A DNA stretch of 64,000 bases from Chrysomallon squamiferum (lineage: Eukaryota > Animalia > Mollusca). Both the position numbers and the translations under genes were made by a program. The notes under the pieces are model-generated. The model ran no database searches. It had not been told where the DNA came from and saw only the letters and a list, made by a program, of their open reading frames with translations. Numbering within the stretch: position 1 is the stretch's first letter; each line of letters starts with the position of its first letter. The stretch is from the NCBI GenBank assembly GCA_012295275.1, contig CM022668.1, positions 16,430,001 through 16,494,000 on the forward strand, in the 5' to 3' direction. This document shows positions 44,033-64,000 of the stretch, in pieces.

Positions 44033-45410
44033 AATAAATAAATAAATAAAATTGTGGAAGAAGGTTGAATTTATTATAAATGTGGGTTTTTTCAACCTTC
44101 TTCCCCAAACACCAACAAAGAACTGGAAATTAAATTTCAACAAAGTCAGAATTCTTTTTTTTTTTTTTAATATTGTCACTGCACTAAACTTAATTCATCA
44201 CTGTATCATTTAGACTGTACAGAATTCAGTTTTAAATTTTATATTCTGTAATATCAAACTACAAAAAATGTATCAGTGACTATTTTATTTCTAGAAAACA
44301 CCTCAATCACCTATCATCTATCAATTAAAATAGAAGAAAAATATAAAATAAATGTGTGTGGGTTTTCAGTTACTTCACAATACTAATTTTTATTACCTGC
44401 TTTTTTGCAATAATAAATACCAATGAGCCTAAAAGAAACTGAGAAGTAATTTAGGTAATTTAAAAGCTAAATTTTGTGATGTTTCACTAACGACAACATA
44501 GTTATTACCTGGTTTGTGACCTCCAGTGTGTTTGGGTTGTATGTTGTGATGCCCATAGTGCCAACAGAGAAAATTCTCTTATATCTGAAATTACAAATAA
44601 TAATAATAATAAGAAGAAATACTAAAATATATAATAATAATAATAATGTTCAAATGAACACGACAGCTGGATACAAATAAATTTGATGCAAGAGCAGTTT
44701 AATGTATTCACACAAATTAACAACCTTTGTTATTTGAATTTTACTGTGCAGAAATATTTTGTAAACAAATAAAAAATGAAACTACAGAACGACAATGTTG
44801 ATATACATTAATTTATGCCTGTGCAGATGAAAGGAGAAACAGCAAAATTGTTTTAAATGTTTCTGATAGGAAACAGGTCAAAACCATCAATATTCAAAAT
44901 ATATTCAGAGAGATCCACTATTAAAATTAGCATTTTATAATTCTGAAATCTGAATCTATACCAACTGACCATGAATATATCAGTGGATAGAATACTGAGA
45001 TACTGATAAGTGATCCCTGGATCTGTTAGTTTTAATGTCAACACTCAACAATAAATCTCCAAGGCTACTACTATCTAATATATTTTTCAAGTTTCTGCGT
45101 TGGTTATATATTATAAATGTGATTATTAATGAGCAAAATCATCTTAATCCAAATAAATTATATAAGTAATTATAATTGAAAAGGTGTTTGTTAGTATGAT
45201 GGATTGAAATGAAATGACAGTATTTTCTAAACTGACTAATTCCATCTTGTATTCTAGTTGTTCTAAACTTGGATGTCTGTTCAAAAAAACATTAATGGAA
45301 AGGATAAAAGGTGACTGCAAAACCAAAAAGCTTTTTACTTACTTTCCTTTCCATGAATGTTTTGTGATAAAGTAGCAGGCAACATCTACGTTGCCTTTCA
45401 TTGAAGCCAT
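8560..45410 (-). CDS. DNAJC13: DnaJ homolog subfamily C member 13 (RME-8), complete multi-exon CDS, 54 coding exons
   Basis: Exons in transcript order: 45343-45410, 44509-44584, 43810-43959, 42987-43028, 42173-42319, 41581-41634, 41032-41174, 40405-40564, 39737-39828, 38971-39068, 38660-38728, 37992-38074, 37113-37285, 36306-36405, 35787-35894, 34492-34647, 34176-34232, 33535-33656, 33020-33095, 32437-32532, 32075-32182, 31799-31924, 31293-31437, 30764-30836, 29750-29907, 29439-29501, 28956-29057, 28402-28506, 27753-27955, 27102-27186, 26633-26833, 25377-25531, 25013-25214, 24492-24607, 24120-24198, 23432-23564, 22503-22687, 21718-21909, 21126-21305, 20511-20684, 19776-19888, 19287-19403, 18826-18879, 17699-17825, 17136-17227, 16383-16482, 15502-15777, 14919-15000, 14306-14522, 12940-13119, 12452-12592, 11885-12025, 10790-10889, 8560-8666. 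Recognised motifs: N-terminal [19 protein letters not shown] repeats ([32 protein letters not shown]), a GYF-like segment (CWAQGMDGW), J domain [18 protein letters not shown], and C-terminal QRHDLFI..VAGYLT. Two apparent frameshifts are listed under findings. Confidence 0.97.
9212..10830 (-). repeat. About 96-bp tandem array spanning the donor of the DNAJC13 penultimate exon (14 donors)
   Basis: ACCTGTCAGGTATCCAGAAATGTTGGAGTCTGTGATGAACAG recurs at about 9271, 9367, 9463, 9581, 9743, 10009, 10105, 10201, 10303, 10399, 10495, 10597, 10694 and 10788, with nested 20-22 bp sub-repeat expansions. Confidence 0.97.
10884..11470 (-). repeat. 27-36-bp tandem array spanning the acceptor of exon 10790-10889 (about 18 acceptors)
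   Basis: Unit AGTTATCTGTAACACAAACACTCAACT, which reads ...tgtgttacag|ATAACT on the sense strand. Confidence 0.95.
11763..11878. repeat. 25-bp tandem repeat abutting donor 11885
   Basis: GGGACATGTTTGAGAGATAGATCTT, about 4.5 copies. Confidence 0.9.
13106..13255 (-). repeat. 84-bp duplication spanning acceptor 13119
   Basis: TCCAAAACCTCTCCCTGGAAAAC at 13106 and 13190, each followed by ACCACTGTCAGTCAxTACACTGTAATTC. Confidence 0.85.
13440..14310 (-). repeat. 39-bp tandem array spanning donor 14306 (about 21 units)
   Basis: Unit TTTGACTTACRTCAGGTAATGAGTTCAGTATAAAGATA, which reads CTGAY|GTAAGTCAAA on the sense strand; degenerate below about 13560. Confidence 0.96.
17237..17525. repeat. 24-bp tandem repeat abutting acceptor 17227
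   Basis: AACTGACATAAAACTATCATCTAC, about 12 copies. Confidence 0.92.
17806..18675 (-). repeat. About 80-125-bp tandem array with embedded (TG)n spanning acceptor 17825
   Basis: ATCATCAGAGAGTGCAGATACTGTAACAGAGATTG at about 17806, 17909, 17990, 18113, 18214, 18458 and 18564, plus degenerate copies. Confidence 0.95.
19482..19758. repeat. Compound (CA)n/(CAGA)n microsatellite
   Basis: Directly visible. Confidence 0.95.
20290..20515 (-). repeat. 21-23-bp tandem array at donor 20511
   Basis: GAGTTTAAAATCAACAAACCTCT variants, about 10 copies; a full donor copy lies near 20398. Confidence 0.88.
21280..21495 (-). repeat. 104-bp duplication spanning acceptor 21305
   Basis: ACCACACAACACAGGTCTTGAAGATTCTGATAGAAACAG... 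at 21280 and 21384. Confidence 0.93.
21914..22085. repeat. 23-bp tandem repeat abutting acceptor 21909
   Basis: GTGAAAACATTTCATTAAAAACA, about 7 copies, decaying away from the exon. Confidence 0.92.
24120..24198 (-). other. DNAJC13: DNAJC13 J-domain exon with HPD motif
   Basis: Translates to [26 protein letters not shown]. Confidence 0.95.
25790..26671 (-). repeat. 98-bp tandem array spanning donor 26633
   Basis: ACTTACTTCCTCAGCTYGGAATGCCTGTTTGAGATGAGTGTATTT at 26627, 26529, 26431, 26333 and 26198, then degenerate copies to about 25790. Confidence 0.95.
27190..27330. repeat. About 36-bp tandem repeat abutting acceptor 27186
   Basis: AAATGACATTATTTTACAGTTTTATAAA, about 4 copies. Confidence 0.85.
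29844..30397 (-). repeat. 77-bp tandem array spanning acceptor 29907 (7 acceptors; 64 bp of each unit is coding sequence)
   Basis: Acceptor CTG on the + strand at 29908, 29985, 30062, 30139, 30219, 30296, 30373. Confidence 0.97.
35215..35544. mobile_element. Non-autonomous DNA transposon (Tc1/mariner-pogo-type MITE), copy 1
   Basis: 330 bp, imperfect terminal inverted repeats of about 23 bp (CACGTACCGGACCAATTATCCGG / CTGGATAATTGATCCGGTACCTG), TA on both sides. Aligns end to end with the reverse complement of 50359-50692. Confidence 0.88.
36411..36765. repeat. About 172-bp diverged duplication abutting acceptor 36405
   Basis: AATTAACA..GTCTGTTATAATACA..TTTAAAAACAGCA.GTTAATACTTTTAAAACATCTTTAAACATG at about 36411 and 36583. 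Confidence 0.85.
38394..38661 (-). repeat. 52-54-bp tandem array spanning donor 38660 (5 donors)
   Basis: Unit CTCAGCAGCTCACTAAAATAATTTTACTAATA(TG)TTACTAGTTTCTACATGTAC, which reads AG|GTACAT on the sense strand. Confidence 0.95.
39042..39290 (-). repeat. 80-bp duplication spanning acceptor 39068
   Basis: TCCAGCAGAGAGGCAATCAGAGCATCTCTG at 39042 and 39122, followed by a (CA)-rich decayed tail. Confidence 0.9.
41878..41970. repeat. (AAT)n microsatellite
   Basis: Directly visible. Confidence 0.95.
42517..42740. repeat. About 60-bp mid-intron tandem repeat
   Basis: TAGTACAGTATTTTAATAATAGTCT, 4 copies. Confidence 0.85.
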
Positions 45411-46477
45411 TGTAACTGAAAACACATCAAAATAATTATTAATAAGATTAAAATGAATTATACTAGTGTATCTTGTTTTCAAAACAAAACTTATTTTGGA
45501 TGTTGACATTTCTTTTAATTTTGTAAACAAGATACAGTATTATAATTAATTTGAATGTTCAGTTACACAGATAAATTTATTCACTTCATACATTTAAACA
45601 CATAATTTTACTGAAACAAAGCCTCTATTATATTTAATAATTATTACTTATTTAGTTCATATTTTTTCTTTCATTTAATGTGATATAATTTCAGAAAAGG
45701 TACAAATTACATTTTGTTTCATACAAATGGATAATAAATAAAATATATTTATCAAATATTAATTTATTTTATTTATTATTATTATTTTTTTTAAATGTTA
45801 TTTATTTATATAATAAAATCAAGGCAAGCATTTAGCAAGGCAAAAAGACAAAATCTATCATACAAAACATACCAACATTATTCATCATGAGTTTGACATG
45901 TTTCTAAAAAATAAACAGGGGGCGGAAATGTCCTAAATTACTAGGGAGTGATATCATGTTATATTTTTTCACAATAATATAATTAATAATTGATGTTTAA
46001 AAAAATATGCATGGTTAACATCAATATGAATTCAATATAAATAATTCGCAATTGATAATTCACCGACTTATGTAAATAATAACCAGTTTCTTAAAATTAA
46101 ATCTCAAGAAATTAAAACATTAGTAATTTAATAATCATCGATTCATTGAATCATTGTAGTTTTTATTTGATTTCAATTTGGGTATTATATTTAATGTTCG
46201 AACAGAATATTTTAAAAATACTGTATTAAACAGAAAATAATATTCTACTGATATTTAATTTCTAGTATCAATTTATCATATAATTATGATGTATCATATT
46301 GAATTTTAATATATCTTCCTGTGACACAAGTCGGTAGTCCGTTTTAGTTTCTAATCATGACTAGCCGGAGATAACAACATATTTTATAACGCCATATATA
46401 GGTATAATGCGAAGACAGTCAGCCTACAACATATACATCAATGCAGTACGAACGACAGTGTACATATTTATTATTAC

Positions 46478-46550
46478 CTGAAAAATACAGGCTTTATCTT
46501 GAAAAATTGGACTTCATTTTAGCAGAAGCTGCCATGTTTTCGTTACTTCC
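46478..46550 (-). other. DNAJC13: Probable non-coding first exon of DNAJC13
   Basis: The ATG exon starts at an acceptor 5 nt before ATG (ttcag|TTACAATG, 45415), so an upstream exon is needed. A donor CAG|GTAATA at 46478 lies next to a CpG-rich promoter-like patch. The 5' end is approximate. Confidence 0.65.
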
Positions 46551-46700
46551 GCCTTTGAGTCTGCGCAAGGCGATAACTCCCTCCCACCTCTCGCGAGACA
46601 TCATTATGGCAGTCTGATTCTCATGTTGTACGTGATTTTTCGAGATTACAAAGATATTAGCGAAGTTCTTCGCAATTAAATTATTATTCGTGATTCTGCA
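46525..46700. promoter_or_regulatory. Housekeeping-type promoter patch between divergent DNAJC13 and dcd1-like genes
   Basis: Local CpG enrichment. Minus strand has an ETS-like GGCGGAAGT (about 46545-46553) and a YY1-like AAAACATGGCAGC (about 46528-46540). TGCGCA at 46562 and the perfect palindrome TCTCGCGAGA at 46589-46598. Confidence 0.65.
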
Positions 46701-47104
46701 AGATTGAGCATTTTTATTTTCAAACAAACACAGTTATAATTATATTTTTACAAATTTTGCTCCGACATTCAATTATTCTGAGAGAAAGAGAGAGGGGAAA
46801 AAAATAAAAAATAAAAATAAATATTCGTTTAAAAGTTCAGCATTATAAATTTGCATGTACTATTTTGTTAACATTATCAGAACTATATTGACATTTCGAA
46901 CCCGTAAAACAATTTAACGTTTGAAATATAAGAATGAACATTAAAAAAAAATAAAAATAAAAAAATAAAAAAAAAGACTGATAAAGCGACATCATGCAGT
47001 AATCTCAGTGTGTTATATTTACACCAGCAAAGGTCACAAAGTCCATTTATATTACTGTAAATAAATGATAAAATACAACAACAACAAAAAGAACAACAAC
47101 AACA

Positions 47105-47138
<34 letters not shown>

Positions 47139-47893
47139 ATAATAATAATAATAATAACAACAACAACAACAATAATAATAATTTTTAACTGTTTATATTT
47201 GTGTTAGTAAATAACGTTACTAGTTTTCTTCTGTTTTGTCATTGACGAAAGCTTGAGTTACTAATGTCACCTTTGTTTACACTTGTATTAGAAATATCTC
47301 ATTTTTACAAGAACATAGTTGCGTCAATTGGTACAAATAAAGTAACATGATAATATTTATTTATTTATTTACTGATAATTAGAACAGTTGATAATGAATT
47401 CTATAAGCTGGTTATTTTCTTGTTTCAATAAGTTCGTTGAATTTGTTTGTGTTATTTTGTGTGTTTTGTTAAAGAACGTATGTCTGTGCTTTTGATTCAA
47501 ATTCAAATAAAATGAAAGCGCCAAAACTGGTAAAAGCTTAATTTAAGGATTTAAACAATACAGATAAAATTATTTTGTACGGGCTGAGTCAGTTTCGTTG
47601 TTGGAAAATGGAAAAACAAGTTAAATTCCTTTTAATATGCTTGCGAAATATATTTTTACAGATTTAGAGGTAGAAGAACACAGCACTTTCCTTAAATTTT
47701 TATGACGTCAAAAAATGAAATTATTATTCACCATAAAAGAATAGCGCACCCTTGAACGGTGGATTTTATATGTTTTTTTTGTTTTGTTGTTGTTTTTATC
47801 AGTATAGTTATGATGGTCAAACACATGTCATATTCCCAGGCTATATCTGTTAATCCTGAGTGTTATGTGTAATTCATACACGTTAAATAAAAC

Positions 47894-55517
<7,624 letters not shown>

Positions 55518-55543
55518 AATTCAGTGTGTCTTATTAGTTAGAC

Positions 55544-55574
<31 letters not shown>

Positions 55575-56142
55575 ATTCTGCATATTTATATATTTAAGAC
55601 TTTATTAGACTATCAACACACGCGTGTTATTATCAATACCAACATTAATGTACTTCTGTAAAGGTACTGTAAACAATAAAAGAAAAAAAAAGTGGATTAA
55701 ATTTATTATTTCTAAGTACGAAGTGAATAAGTTTTTTCTTATTAACTGATTCACTTTCACCACTTGGAGCTCGTGCGAAGGGAGTCGATACCCAGGAAGA
55801 AAACAGAGGCGTTAGAGGATGATCTAGGTGAGAAACGGAAAGAAAACCATTTGGCAGATGACTGCGCAAGACAGGAAGCTGTAGAAACAACATGTCGAGG
55901 CTTTCGCCAGACAACAGGAAACTGTGGCGTCACAGTGATGGTGATGATGATGTTGATGATGCCGTTTATCAGTCTCAGACTCAACGAATAAGATTTTTTT
56001 TATCGATATACAACTGTACAGACGCATTCATCCACAGAACAATTACATTACATCAATGGGGGAAGGTGAAAATATGTGACACGTTCTGTAAATTTATGTA
56101 TTTATATCTGTATAATGAAAATTCATAGTGGTATCAACATTA

Positions 56143-56218
<76 letters not shown>

Positions 56219-56569
56219 AACATGTTTACATAAAACTTTTAACAATTCTTAAATTATGTAATATTTTGAGACATTTCCTCCAAATCGTAATCAACTTTAT
56301 ATTTATATTCCAGAGATATTTTTGTTATAATAATAATAATAATACACGATGTGACATTATTTTTCATTAATAATTATTTATGAAATATTTTCACTTAATA
56401 TGACTCAATTTTAAATGTTACGATTAGATCCATTAAAATAATATATGCACAGGAATAATAAGAATAGTGACACCTAATGCAAAGAGAAGTAATTTTTGGA
56501 GTGAGATGACTTAAATGCACTGACAAAACTGCTGTAATTAATGAGCTGAACTGTTTGTGCGTGCAAAAC

Positions 56570-63036
<6,467 letters not shown>

Positions 63037-63147
63037 CTGCAAATCTTATAACAACAACAAAAATAACAACAACTACAACTTCAACTACAACAACCAACTA
63101 CAACTCCAACTACAACAACAACAACAACAACAACAACAATAATAATA

Positions 63148-63184
<37 letters not shown>

Positions 63185-63927
63185 TAATGATCATAACGAA
63201 GATGATGATGATGATGATGATGACGATAATAATAATAGTAATGCTATGATGACGATGATGATGATAATGATAGTGATAGTGATAATAATAGTAATAGTAT
63301 TAATGATGAGGACGGTGATGATAATAAAACCACAGTGATGCTGATGTATGTGTTTTATTTTAAATTTTAAAAGACTGAACTTAACAGTAAAATAGCGTGT
63401 TAACTACGGTAATAGCTGTTTTCACACAGTACAAGTGACTAGCTTGTTATCGTGTAACTTGTTCTTCGCTTTGTAGAGCGAGTTTCGCACAATTCAAAAC
63501 ACATTATTTTGTCATTAATTTAGAGTTGTTAGAAATAGTGTCAGTCATTTCTTTTTATTTATTATTCGACTGCCACGAAATTCATATTTGAGCAATGTTA
63601 AGCTTCACTTGGCACATATTAGTTATGTATGTATGTACGTATGTATGTATGTATGTATACACAAATGTGGTGAGTGTTCCATTTATTATAATTATATTCG
63701 ATAATGAACCTATGTATGTATCTGTGAAATTATTTTCGATATGTAAAAAAAGTGTTTGAATGGTAGTCCACCATTATTTAACAAAGTCGAGAGAATAAAA
63801 TCCAATACAGATGTCGCCATGTTTATAGAGCAGCTTGTAGCTACACTTAAAACATTCTGTGTCGTCTCAGAATACAGGAATAAGTTTAGTCAGTATTTGC
63901 TGATTCTAGGTGTGTGTGTTTATATGA

Positions 63928-63970
<43 letters not shown>

Positions 63971-64000
63971 AAACACTACCAAAAGAGTAACAAACACAAA

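Noticed and set aside
8560-45410. DNAJC13 as a pseudogene
   Set aside because: Only two local lesions across 54 well-conserved exons, both in error-prone contexts; sequence or assembly error is more likely.
63690-63830. Minus-strand AAACATGGCGAC as the start of the P4HA-like gene
   Set aside because: No signal peptide or phase-compatible donor found; the 5' end is left unassigned.

Overview
AT-rich, microsatellite-rich eukaryotic genomic DNA, probably from an invertebrate such as a mollusc or other lophotrochozoan (inference). Four spliced genes can be reconstructed by hand. (1) The 3' end of an adhesion/secretin-family GPCR (+, 790-3079). (2) A complete DNAJC13/RME-8 gene (-, 54 coding exons, 45410 to 8560, plus a likely 5'UTR exon and promoter near 46.5 kb). 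(3) A secreted dcd1/acid-ceramidase-like Ntn hydrolase (+, 13 exons, 47894-55517). (4) A 5'-incomplete, divergent prolyl 4-hydroxylase alpha-like gene (-, 63036 to 56570) that appears to have lost its iron ligands. The strongest unexplained signal is that at least 13 unrelated tandem arrays sit exactly on exon-intron junctions. Each copies the splice site plus 2-64 nt of coding sequence into the intron, creating runs of decoy donors or acceptors; about 6 more arrays abut junctions. They are concentrated in the CpG-depleted left domain (GPCR and DNAJC13), and several decay with distance from the exon. Two copies of one MITE differ strongly in CpG decay, consistent with a methylation boundary near 46 kb. 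Most ORF-track entries are microsatellite artefacts. All coordinates and counts were read by eye.
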